Below are positions 47,290 through 57,169 of a DNA stretch of 64,000 nucleotides, piece after piece (the stretch's first letter is position 1; every line of letters begins with the position of its first letter). The notes beneath the pieces are model-generated. The model made no database searches. It saw only the letters and a program-made list of their open reading frames with translations, and was not told where the DNA came from. The stretch lies in sequence record MW349129.1, one strand, 5' to 3'. The position numbers and the translations under genes were made by a program.

Positions 47290-47379
47290 ATGATAACGAC
47301 ATACATCATATTTTCAATTTTAGTACTAGGTTTAGTTAATATTATTTCATACAAAAAAATCAAAAGCAAAATAAATTAA
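47290..47379 (+). CDS. 29-aa single-TM peptide (not in the ORF track)
   Basis: AAAGGATGA RBS. MITTYIIFSILVLGLVNIISYKKIKSKIN, followed by a GGAACTAACCT/AGGTTAGTTCC terminator. Confidence 0.5.
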   Translation: MITTYIIFSILVLGLVNIISYKKIKSKIN

Positions 47380-47522
47380 AAATTGGAACTAACCTTTCTA
47401 TATGAGAGGTTAGTTCCTCATATTTGATTTTTTTCATAAAAAAGAGAGATTGACTGTTATTTTATAAGTGAATATTAGTTTCATATACTTAGAAAAAACT
47501 TTTAATTTTTAAGGAAAATTTC

Positions 47523-47551
47523 TAGCTTTTTTATAAAAAATTTGTTATAAT
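47523..47551 (+). promoter_or_regulatory. Host sigmaA-like extended -10 promoter upstream of recA/uvsX
   Basis: TAGCTT-17 nt-TATAAT with TG at the extended -10 position. Same architecture at 63953-63981. Confidence 0.45.
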
Positions 47552-47596
47552 AAATAACGTTATAGTATTAAATAATTTTTGGAGAGTGAATGTTAA

Positions 47597-48898
47597 ATGT
47601 CAAAATTAACGAGTAAAATTAATGATTTGATTAAATCAAATCCATCAGTATATGGTAAAGAAGACAATTATACACCTATGTATGAATCAGGAATTGACTT
47701 ATTAGATTATAGAAATGGTTTCTTAAACACTGTTACGGATGATGAACGTATTGGATTAATGGGTGGTAAAGTAACTACATTTATCGGTGGATCAGGTTCA
47801 GGTAAAACAACACTTGCTATTCAAGCAGCAGCAAAAATTGTTGAAAAATATGACAACTCAAGTGTTATTCATTATGACTTTGAAGATGCAACTACTGATG
47901 AACGTATTTATCAAGTAACAGGTTGGTCTAAAGAAATGAAACAAGAAAAATACACTAAATTAAATAAAAAGATTAGTTTAGATTCAGTAGATCAATTAAT
48001 TCGTGGTATTCGTGATACTAAATTAGAAAATGAAGAAGAGTTTACTATTCATACAGATAAAATTGATCCAGAAACTGGTGAAAAAGTTTCATTCATGGCT
48101 CCAACAGTAGTTATCATTGATTCTGTTGCTACAATGGCTTCTAAAGAGATTGATGATAAAGATGGTGAAGGTGGACAAATGAATGCTACTAAACAAGCTA
48201 AAGATAATACAACATTCATTAAACGTATTATCGGTTCATCTACATTAAATTCAGCTAATATTATGCTTATTTTAATTAATCATATTACAACTAAAATTGA
48301 TATTAATCCTTATGCAGCTACACCTAAAGAATTAAATTATCTTAAACAAGGTGAAGCATTACCAGGTGGTAAAGCAATCAACTACATGGCAAATAACATG
48401 TTTAAGATTAGTCCATCACAAGCTTTAGATCCAGAAGGAAATTCTAATCAAGCTAAATATGGAATTAAAGGTTTCATAAATACAGTTGAAGTTATTAAAT
48501 CACGTTCAAATGCAGCTGGTGCTAAATTTGATTTAATCTTTGAACAAAAGAATGGTTTTAATAACGCTTTATCAAATCTATTATTCTTACAGAGTGAAAA
48601 AATGCTTAAAGGTAATCCAAGAGCTTATCGTATTGATGGTTACGATGATGTTAGTTTCACACTTAAGACTTTCTTAGATAAATATCATGGTAATAAAGAT
48701 TTTAAAGAATACTTTGATAAATATGTTAAAGATATATATAAAGAAAAATTCTTAGCTAGTATTGAACATGAGTCTAGTTTGGATAGTGAAGAATTAGAGT
48801 TAGTTGAACAAGTTAATAAAGATGAAGATATTTGGTTAGGGTCAGATGGTAAATATTATGATTCTAATAAAAATTCTATTGAAGTAGATAAAGAATAA
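47597..48898 (+). CDS. uvsX: RecA/UvsX-like recombinase
   Basis: Walker A GGSGSGKTT, HYDFEDA, Walker B VVIIDSVA, LILINH, LPGGKAINY, VIKSR. Confidence 0.88.
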   Translation: MSKLTSKINDLIKSNPSVYGKEDNYTPMYESGIDLLDYRNGFLNTVTDDERIGLMGGKVTTFIGGSGSGKTTLAIQAAAKIVEKYDNSSVIHYDFEDATTDERIYQVTGWSKEMKQEKYTKLNKKISLDSVDQLIRGIRDTKLENEEEFTIHTDKIDPETGEKVSFMAPTVVIIDSVATMASKEIDDKDGEGGQMNATKQAKDNTTFIKRIIGSSTLNSANIMLILINHITTKIDINPYAATPKELNYLKQGEALPGGKAINYMANNMFKISPSQALDPEGNSNQAKYGIKGFINTVEVIKSRSNAAGAKFDLIFEQKNGFNNALSNLLFLQSEKMLKGNPRAYRIDGYDDVSFTLKTFLDKYHGNKDFKEYFDKYVKDIYKEKFLASIEHESSLDSEELELVEQVNKDEDIWLGSDGKYYDSNKNSIEVDKE

Positions 48899-48969
48899 TT
48901 TTTAAAAGGGATAATTCCAATGGAGATAATATACTTCATTGGAACCCTTTAATTCAAATTTCGGTTCAA

Positions 48970-49017
48970 ATATATATTATAAGATTGTGGAATATTAAGA
49001 GCATGATATTCTGCAAA
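48970..49017 (+). promoter_or_regulatory. Putative early promoter plus 5' hairpin
   Basis: TATATTATAA (48973-48982)-gat-TG, then a GGAATAT/ATATTCT hairpin. Confidence 0.6.
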
Positions 49018-49050
49018 TATATTCATTATTATAGGAGAGTGTATTAAGAT

Positions 49051-51544
49051 ATGACAAAAGATAAAACACAAAGAATGATAGAAATTGAAGATAAGCGAAG
49101 TCATGAGTTTTTATCAGAACCTCTATTAATGCCTAATGTTAATAGAACTAATGGTAACAGATCTCAAATGTTTACATCTCACATTGGTCAATGTATTCAA
49201 TTAACTGGTGCTGAACCACCTTTAATTCAAACTGGTTTTGAAAATCAAGTAGGTAAATATTCAACTGGATACAAAAAAGCTAATAGAGATTTTGAAGTTA
49301 TTTATAAATTTGAAAAGAATAAGTACGTTAATTACTATTTAATTAAGTACAAAGATAATGATGAATATGATGTAATTATTAGAGAAGAAGCTAATCATTT
49401 AGCTGAGAAGTTTGGAAATAAATATAATAATGATGAAATTGATAAACTGAAAGTTGGAGATACAGTTGATAAAGAAACTGTATTATTTAAAGATCAAAAC
49501 TATGATGAAGATAATAATTTCCAATATGGAGCTAATGCAACTTCTGTATTCTTACCATTCAAAGGTATGACGAATGAGGACGGAATTGTAGTATCAGAAT
49601 CATTAGCAGAGAAAATGTCAAGTTATTTTGTAAATGTAATTAATATTACTATCAATACAAATGATATTCCTTTAAACTTATACGGTAATGAAGATGAATA
49701 TAAATCATTTCCAGATGTAGGTGAAGAAGTTCAAAATGGAGTATTGTGTGCAACTCGTAGATTGAATTATGATGAGATTATTCATAAATTCAAAAATGAA
49801 ATGCTTACTAAAACATTAGAAGATGATAATGCTTATAAAGTTCACGGTAAAGTTATTGATATTGATGTTCTTAATAATGAAGATATTGAAAAATTAGAAA
49901 ATCAAAAATATTCAGAGCAATTTGTTAAGTATATTAAAGAATTAAGACACTTTTATAAAACATTTGTAACTGTTACAGATGATATTGTACGTAAAAAGAA
50001 ATTTAGTAATGACTTAATTAGACTTCATAATAAATTCAAAGGTTATATTGATGATAATGCTAAATTAGTTTATGATAATAATCAATTTGATAAAATTATC
50101 TTTAAAGTTAAAGTTTTAGAAAAGAAACCTTTAGTTCATGGATCGAAAATCACTACACGCTATGGTAAAATCATCTGCCCCATGAATTTGTGAGAATTCA
50201 TGATGAAAATCTTTTAATTGCTGGAAGTATCTATTAAGATTAACTAGCATCAAGTTAATATAACTTGTTCAACGACTAAATAAAGATTATCTATAATGAT
50301 ATAGATTAAGATATAGTCTAGTATACATTAAAAAATGTGTAAAGGGAAAAGGCGTTGTGGCTGAAATTGTACCTGATGATCAAATGCCAATGATCACAGA
50401 GTTCGATGGAGAAGATTTCACTAAAGATTCTACTAAAACACCAATTAGTAAACGAGTAGATTTAATTCATAATAATATGGGTATCATTAACCGTGGAAAT
50501 CCATCAGCTTTAATTGAGTTAGAATTAAATCATGTATCAAATGTAATAAGACATCGTATAAGTAAATTAGATGATGTTAATCAACAGAAAGAATATCTAT
50601 TAGGATATATTAAAGATGTAGATAAAATTTCATACGATAATTATGTTAAACTATTTAATCAATTAGATTTATCTGAAACTAAAGAAGCTATTAATGAAAT
50701 TATTAAAGAAGGTATTGTGTTACATCAAGCACCATTCTTTGGTAATATTGATTCAGAACAATTAAGATACGTTTTTAATAAATATAATATTAAGAAAAAT
50801 AGATTAAATATAAGTAATAGAACGTTTATGGTTGGAGATTTATATCACTTAAAACTTAAGCATGAACCGAGTGGAAAATTAAGTGCAAAATCTCTTGACT
50901 TTAACAATTACAGTGGAATTCCTACTAGGACACCCGATAGTAAAAAGTATTTGTCAAGAATTAACAACAATCCACTCAGAATCGTAAAGGTTCTCTTATT
51001 AAAGAAATTTAATTCGGCTAAAGAATATTAATTGCTGGAATAATTTATTAATTAAATCAGCATCAAGTCATTAAGACTTGTTCAACGACTAAATATATTC
51101 TACCTTAAATGGTAATGATATAGTCTTCCAATATAATTCTATTATATTGATAAGAGCGGTGAAATGGAAACATCTAATATGATGATCGGTGGATCTATTA
51201 AAGCAATCAATCAATTAACGAATATGTATTCAAATAACCCAGATATGCGTAAACGTTTATTAGTTGAATTGTATACAGGTAATCCATTTAAGATTAATAC
51301 AGAGAGTATACAAAAACGTACTCAAAATAATAATACTAAAGTACTTAATGCTTACTTTAGTCCATTGAATGTTAGTATGACATTTGATGAACCTGAAGAA
51401 GATGAATTACTAGGTATTATGGATTTAAATGAAGATCAATTAGAGTTCTTAATGGAGAAATATGAAAATATGGATGATATCAATGATTTATCACCTATAG
51501 AAATAAATAATTTAGTTAAAGAAATTATTGAAGAAAGTAAATAA
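49051..51544 (+). CDS. RNA polymerase beta subunit, C-terminal half (probably non-virion RNAP), split by two group I introns (exons 49051-50166, 50345-50982, 51157-51544; 713 aa spliced)
   Basis: NRSQMFTSHIGQ, GANATSVFLPFKGMTNEDGIVVSE. Splicing gives GSKITTRYG|GKGVVAEIVPDDQMP and NNPLRI|GEME. INRGNPSALIE and VGDLYHLKLKH also match RpoB motifs. Confidence 0.92.
50167..50344 (+). mobile_element. Miniature group I intron (178 nt)
   Basis: 5' exon ends in U, terminal G50344. Core AATTGCTGG / CTAGCA / GTTCAACGACTAAA / AAGATATAGTC. P3 AATCTTT pairs with AAAGATT. Confidence 0.9.
50983..51156 (+). mobile_element. Miniature group I intron (174 nt)
   Basis: P1 AGAAUC / GGTTCT with a U.G pair, same core motifs, terminal G51156. 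Splicing restores RIGEME. Confidence 0.9.
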
Positions 51545-51598
51545 AATAAATTGGAGTAATGATCATTATTTTGATCATTACTCTTATATTTAAAGGTT

Positions 51599-52144
51599 GT
51601 GTTTAAAATTTATCCTGATTATAGTGAATTTTTAAAGAGAGAATTAGACTACTTTGGAATTGATATAGACGATGTAGCATATCATTCTGATATTAATATT
51701 AAAGAGAAATTAGAATCAATTGAAAAGGATGATAATGAAATGGGAATTAATTATTTGAATTTAGGAGATATATCTTTAAATACAGAAGAAACAAGTGGAG
51801 CTATAACTATAAGAGAATTAGTAGACACCATTGATCACTTGATATATACAGAAAATGAAGTCACTCCTTTATATTATTTCTTTATGGATAAAATTGATTC
51901 ACTTCCTATGATTAATATGATCACTTATAAAAAGGCAGCTAATTCATTCTATGAAGAGTATAAAACATATAATACTGGAGATCATTCAGCTTATATAAAT
52001 ATTAAAGGAGAATGGAAACAATTATCATTTAATCAATTTAAAGAATCTTTAAAAGAAGTTTTATTATCTTCTCATAAAGAAAGTAATGTTGATAAATTAT
52101 TTAAAGAGTTAAATAATTTAACTGTAAAAGATAATTTTTCATAA
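51599..52144 (+). CDS. Hypothetical protein (ends VKDNFS)
   Basis: 181-aa ORF, GTG start. Confidence 0.65.
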   Translation: MFKIYPDYSEFLKRELDYFGIDIDDVAYHSDINIKEKLESIEKDDNEMGINYLNLGDISLNTEETSGAITIRELVDTIDHLIYTENEVTPLYYFFMDKIDSLPMINMITYKKAANSFYEEYKTYNTGDHSAYINIKGEWKQLSFNQFKESLKEVLLSSHKESNVDKLFKELNNLTVKDNFS

Positions 52145-52171
52145 TTATTCTTAGATCAAAATTAGTAATAA

Positions 52172-52222
52172 GTATATATTATAAATATGAGACAATGTTC
52201 ATTAACTTGATCATTGTCTCAT
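52172..52222 (+). promoter_or_regulatory. Putative early promoter plus 5' hairpin
   Basis: TATATTATAA (52175-52184)-ata-TG, then ATGAGACAATG/CATTGTCTCAT. Confidence 0.65.
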
Positions 52223-54141
52223 ATATTGTTTTATTTTTTATAAATAAGGAGATGAATTGGATAATGGAAAATAATACATTAAATTCGTATATAAAGGAAG
52301 ATTTTAAATATTTTAAAGATGATAAATTAGAAATTAACGAAATATTTAACTTTAAAGATGATAAGACTAAAGAAAAATTTGAAATGTTTTTTAATGGAGT
52401 TATATACGCATTGAAAAATTTGAATTATGGTGAATTATCTGAAATTTATGATAAATCAATTGAAAAGAAAGATACTAATCAAGATAGAACCGAAAGTTAT
52501 ATAGATTATTTAAATAATGAATTGAAAAATAGAAGACTAAATAAAGAAACTAAAAAACTTTATAAAGATTTATTAATGACTTTAGAAGCTGATTTGAAAA
52601 GATATAATGCTAATTTAGATGACAGCATTATAAATAAATTATTCAAAAATAAGTATATATCAATATCTTATTATAGTTTAATAGTACCTTATAATATTGC
52701 TAACGAAATTGAATTTAATAAAAACTATTATAGTTTTCTTGAATTAGAAGATTTTACTAAATTCATAATATTTCCGTATTATCAGCTTTTATATCTATCT
52801 AAAGATAATTTAAGAAATATTTATATAAAGAATACAGATATAAATCTTCATGATTATTTTATTAATATAATAAAGGATTATATTAAAAATTTAATAGATA
52901 ATAAAGATGTAGATACACTAAAGGAATTATTAGATGTGCTAACAAATGAGCACGAATATCTAAGATCCCCAAAATATACAGACTATAGAAAAGGTAATGG
53001 TAGAAATTTATTTGAGTTGCTAATAGATATGAATTTCAATGAATTTAAAGATATATTATATGAAGTAATATACATTGTAATGAATAATAATCTAAAAAAA
53101 GAATTACAAATAGAAATGAATTATGATATATACAAACACAATATATTTTTAATAAGTTTAATGAATGATGAAGTAGATAGTCATAGACAAACTAAATTTA
53201 ATGATAAATTTTTAATAGAAAATAATAATACAATTAGAGCTACTGCAAGTGCAGACTTATACAGCAAAAATAATTACTATCAGAATAACTTATTAGGACA
53301 CTATATTAATGATCTATATGTAAATAAAAATAAAATAAATAAATTTAAAAGAGTTAATAAAGTTAGAAGTTTTAAATCTTTTATTTATTTAACTAACCAA
53401 AGATGTATTATTGGTGCAGAATCATATTATAAAAAAATATATAAATATTTATTCGATCCTAGTAATTTAACTAGAGAAGAATTTGAAGTGGCTACACTAT
53501 TAATTAAATTAATAACATGTAAAACTAGTAATCAATTAAAGAGAGTTATGGAACAATCTAAAGTCAATTCTGTATTAAATAATTTATTATCTAAAGAAGA
53601 AGTTAATAATATAATTAAAATTGGTATAGAGATGAATATTAATACTATATTCAATGAAAAAGGAGTGAGTAAAATTGATACAGTGGATTTAACTGTAGGA
53701 AATATTGTAAAACCTTTGTTATATAATAACGCAAATGATTATGAAGAACAAACAGAAATCATTAATTCAATATTTAAAAATTTTACTTATGACATAGATA
53801 TCAATTTTGATAGATATCATTATAAAGATTTAGATGAATATTTTGAAACTAGATTAAATTTAGGTCTTTTAAAAGAATCAAATATAGATATTGGCATTAA
53901 TATTAATTATAATAAAATTGCAAAAACTATTGTAAACAACATTAAAGATAAACTTAGAGGAAGATATGATTTTGAAAAGAATGAGTTTATTATTACTTAT
54001 GATAAAATGAATATTACTCGTCTAACTTCTACAGAGTTCTGTAATGGTTTATGTGAATATTTAAGTAAATACTTCCCAGAAGAAGCTAAAAAGTTAAATA
54101 AGAGTTTTAGAGCTGAAATTGTAAATACAATGTTTAGATAA
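52195..54141 (+). CDS. Large hypothetical protein (likely start 52264; ends EIVNTMFR)
   Basis: RBS AGGAGATGA at 52247; long ORF with no recognisable motif. Confidence 0.7.
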   Translation: MFINLIIVSYIVLFFINKEMNWIMENNTLNSYIKEDFKYFKDDKLEINEIFNFKDDKTKEKFEMFFNGVIYALKNLNYGELSEIYDKSIEKKDTNQDRTESYIDYLNNELKNRRLNKETKKLYKDLLMTLEADLKRYNANLDDSIINKLFKNKYISISYYSLIVPYNIANEIEFNKNYYSFLELEDFTKFIIFPYYQLLYLSKDNLRNIYIKNTDINLHDYFINIIKDYIKNLIDNKDVDTLKELLDVLTNEHEYLRSPKYTDYRKGNGRNLFELLIDMNFNEFKDILYEVIYIVMNNNLKKELQIEMNYDIYKHNIFLISLMNDEVDSHRQTKFNDKFLIENNNTIRATASADLYSKNNYYQNNLLGHYINDLYVNKNKINKFKRVNKVRSFKSFIYLTNQRCIIGAESYYKKIYKYLFDPSNLTREEFEVATLLIKLITCKTSNQLKRVMEQSKVNSVLNNLLSKEEVNNIIKIGIEMNINTIFNEKGVSKIDTVDLTVGNIVKPLLYNNANDYEEQTEIINSIFKNFTYDIDINFDRYHYKDLDEYFETRLNLGLLKESNIDIGININYNKIAKTIVNNIKDKLRGRYDFEKNEFIITYDKMNITRLTSTEFCNGLCEYLSKYFPEEAKKLNKSFRAEIVNTMFR

Positions 54142-54157
54142 AAAGGAGAATTTAAAA

Positions 54158-54712
54158 ATGGATTTTAAAAAAACATTTAATACAGATATTATGAAGATAG
54201 ATAGAAGAATTTTCTATAACATCATTAACGTAGAAATGTCTCTTAGTGATAAAAGAAAAATGTATAATAAAGTCAATGATGAAAATGAGATTTTAACATA
54301 TGTATTTGATAATTACACAGATAACGTATTGAGGAATAATGAAGGTATAATGATTATGGCAAAAGATTTAAATGATTTCATTAGACACTCTATTTTCGAT
54401 TACTATTTTTTCTATTTAATAAAACAATTTTTACCTTCTTCCAACTTCCAGAATTTTGAAGATTTTGTCATTATATTAGAAGGAGAACTATTTAAACCTA
54501 AACAAGAAACTTTAAGTCAATTCTCTTCAAAAGAAGATATGATTTATGTGTATTATAATACCACTCTAAATAAAATAATTATTGTTGATCACATTATGTT
54601 CTTAAAAGCTTTAATGGAATATATTAAAGAAGAAAAAGATTTCTATGAAGATTTATATATAGAATTTGAAAAAGAAGTTAAAAAATATTTAGTTGAAAAT
54701 AACTTTAAATAA
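54158..54712 (+). CDS. Hypothetical protein (ends LVENNFK)
   Basis: 184-aa ORF with RBS. Confidence 0.7.
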   Translation: MDFKKTFNTDIMKIDRRIFYNIINVEMSLSDKRKMYNKVNDENEILTYVFDNYTDNVLRNNEGIMIMAKDLNDFIRHSIFDYYFFYLIKQFLPSSNFQNFEDFVIILEGELFKPKQETLSQFSSKEDMIYVYYNTTLNKIIIVDHIMFLKALMEYIKEEKDFYEDLYIEFEKEVKKYLVENNFK

Positions 54713-54729
54713 AGGAGAGACAATATTTA

Positions 54730-55470
54730 ATGAATGAATATGATAAAATTAATAAAAAAGTTTTTAATATAGATCGTAGCAACTTTGAAGTAGTTTTAAT
54801 GGACTACATGGATACTAAACAGATGAAAAATAATTACAATAGAAATATAACCGATCAAGAAAAAATTGATCGGTTAATACCTTTAATTAAACAACAAGAA
54901 AAAGATCAAGATGAGGGTAGAATATTTGAAAATGCTAGACGATATGAACTTCTTTTGGCTAAAACATTTGAATACTCTCTTAATGGAAAATTAGAATTAT
55001 ACAAATTAAAAGAAGTCTTAGATTATTACGAAGAAAAAAATCTTTTTAATATAGTATATCCAAATTTTAAATACACTTTTAATGTAGATTCTCCCAGTAA
55101 AGATTATTCTTTATTATCTTTAAAAACTAAGATATTTTTAATTATAGAAACTATTATAGATTTTACTAAAAATGATGAAATAGAAAATAATCTTTTTATT
55201 AGATTAAATTTAAATTCAGAAGAAATAATGATTGATACACTTGATTTAAACGAAAAATCATTGTATAATATCTTTAATCTATCAAGTAAATATAAAAATG
55301 AATTATTATCTTATAATGGGGATTATTTGTTCGCACATGATCAAGTAAAACGTATAGAAAATATGAATAATATTTTATTTAAAGATATATATAATGATAA
55401 AGACAAAGAAATTTTAGAATTTTTATCTAAGAAAGTAAAAAATAAATACGTTTCAAAATATTTTAAATAA
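54730..55470 (+). CDS. Hypothetical protein (ends YVSKYFK)
   Basis: 246-aa ORF with RBS. Confidence 0.7.
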   Translation: MNEYDKINKKVFNIDRSNFEVVLMDYMDTKQMKNNYNRNITDQEKIDRLIPLIKQQEKDQDEGRIFENARRYELLLAKTFEYSLNGKLELYKLKEVLDYYEEKNLFNIVYPNFKYTFNVDSPSKDYSLLSLKTKIFLIIETIIDFTKNDEIENNLFIRLNLNSEEIMIDTLDLNEKSLYNIFNLSSKYKNELLSYNGDYLFAHDQVKRIENMNNILFKDIYNDKDKEILEFLSKKVKNKYVSKYFK

Positions 55471-55487
55471 ATAGGAGTGAATAGGAT

Positions 55488-56645
55488 ATGTCAAATTTAA
55501 CTATGCAAGAAAAAGACTTGATTATGATTGAAAACAAATATAATAAATTTTTAAGTAAAAAAGAAAAAATAATGAATAAAGAATCAGAATTTATTAAAAA
55601 TGTATTTGGAGAATTAATGGATTTCATTGTGCATTTTGGCCATAATAAATTCTTTAAATCAGATACAATATTTTATAGAGATTATGATGAAATGTTAGAA
55701 AATTATAAAAAAGAATTAAATGAAATATCTAAAGTTGAAGATGATTTAGTACTGACATATTTAAATAAAGTTATTAATGATACTGATAAAGATGAATTCT
55801 ATAATGATATGAAGAGAATTTCTAAAAATTATAGTAAAGAGAAATTAATAATAGATATAACTTATATAAAATCTTTAGATTTCTATATACACATGATGAA
55901 AAATGAAGAATTAATGAGCGATATGGGATCTCTCACAGTGCATCCTTATGATTTTAATAAGAGATTAATAAGTGAATACAAGAAAGACAAAAAATTCTGG
56001 GAAAAACTAAGTGATGAAGAAAAGTCAAACGCAATTCAAATGTCTAATATATACTTTGAAGATATTGAAAATAAAGAAATTGGTAGATTTACTATTGACT
56101 CAATAAATAGTCAAGAAGAAGGAACTGTATTTAATTTTAATGTGAATACATTTCATAAATTTTTTGATCAATTTATATATTTAGATATATATTATTCAGA
56201 TGGTTTAATATTTAACTTAATAATGAATAGTAATATCAGTAAATATTATGAGAAATACTATAAAGAAATAAAACATGATATTTTCAGTACTACTTATATT
56301 TCTGATAAATATGACTATGAAAACTTAGAAAAAGATAAATTTTTAAAAATTTTAAATCGTATAGATACGTTTTATGATATAGATGTACCTTTATATATTC
56401 ATAGTAATGAAAATGTATCAAATAAAAAATACTATAATTATCTAACTGCAATAAAATCTTTTGCTTTAAATGATTTTGTTAATCGTTATTATGATTCTTA
56501 TGAATATATAGAATATTTTAGCGAAATTGATGAGGATGATTCTTTTACGTTAAATATGTTAAGAGACAATAATGAATATTTTAGAGAATTGACTGAAAAA
56601 ATAAATAAACAAGAAAAAGAAAGACAATGGTTACAAGCTTTTTAA
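55488..56645 (+). CDS. Hypothetical protein
   Basis: 385-aa ORF with RBS. Confidence 0.7.
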   Translation: MSNLTMQEKDLIMIENKYNKFLSKKEKIMNKESEFIKNVFGELMDFIVHFGHNKFFKSDTIFYRDYDEMLENYKKELNEISKVEDDLVLTYLNKVINDTDKDEFYNDMKRISKNYSKEKLIIDITYIKSLDFYIHMMKNEELMSDMGSLTVHPYDFNKRLISEYKKDKKFWEKLSDEEKSNAIQMSNIYFEDIENKEIGRFTIDSINSQEEGTVFNFNVNTFHKFFDQFIYLDIYYSDGLIFNLIMNSNISKYYEKYYKEIKHDIFSTTYISDKYDYENLEKDKFLKILNRIDTFYDIDVPLYIHSNENVSNKKYYNYLTAIKSFALNDFVNRYYDSYEYIEYFSEIDEDDSFTLNMLRDNNEYFRELTEKINKQEKERQWLQAF

Positions 56646-56676
56646 AATGAATTAAAAGAGAGAGAGGAGACAATTT

Positions 56677-56880
56677 ATGGCATTCTTGATTAGTATCTTA
56701 ACCATTATTTTAGTTTGTTTAGTGATAATGGGATTGTTTTTATTTGTATCAGGTCTGATAAGTTTATCACTTTCAATATTTGGTACAAAAACAAGTGATT
56801 TTATTGAAGAAGATATAATAACAACACTCCTATCAGGTTTATTTACCATCATATTCTTTCTTATACTGTCATCGTTCTAA
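56677..56880 (+). CDS. Small two-TM membrane protein
   Basis: 67 aa, hydrophobic; resembles the next ORF. Confidence 0.65.
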   Translation: MAFLISILTIILVCLVIMGLFLFVSGLISLSLSIFGTKTSDFIEEDIITTLLSGLFTIIFFLILSSF

Positions 56881-56914
56881 CAAAAATATTTTTTAATAAA
56901 AAGGAGAGAAAATT

Positions 56915-57142
56915 ATGTTTGCTTTATTAGGAATATTAGCAATAATATTTTTATTATTAATATTTATAGGTTTACCTTTATTTGTCATGGGAGTAGCTTG
57001 CATATTTATGTCACTTTATGAAATCTTTGTGAAAAGAGAAAAAGATATTGATATGCTACTGACATCAACTTATATAACTCTCGGTTCATCAATGGCATTA
57101 GGTTTAGCTATCTTTATATCATTTTGTGTTGAAAGCATGTAA
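56915..57142 (+). CDS. Small two-TM membrane protein
   Basis: 75 aa, hydrophobic. Confidence 0.65.
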   Translation: MFALLGILAIIFLLLIFIGLPLFVMGVACIFMSLYEIFVKREKDIDMLLTSTYITLGSSMALGLAIFISFCVESM

Positions 57143-57169
57143 TCATTTAAAATAAAAAGGAGAAATATT

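Noticed and set aside
22370-51544. Split gyrB and RNAP ORFs as pseudogenes, frameshifts or assembly errors
   Set aside because: Each break has a group I core, a U-ending 5' exon and a terminal G, and removal restores conserved motifs in frame. The ORF-track tails NKIVAV, KIICPMNL and VKVLLLKKFNSAKEY are intron read-through.
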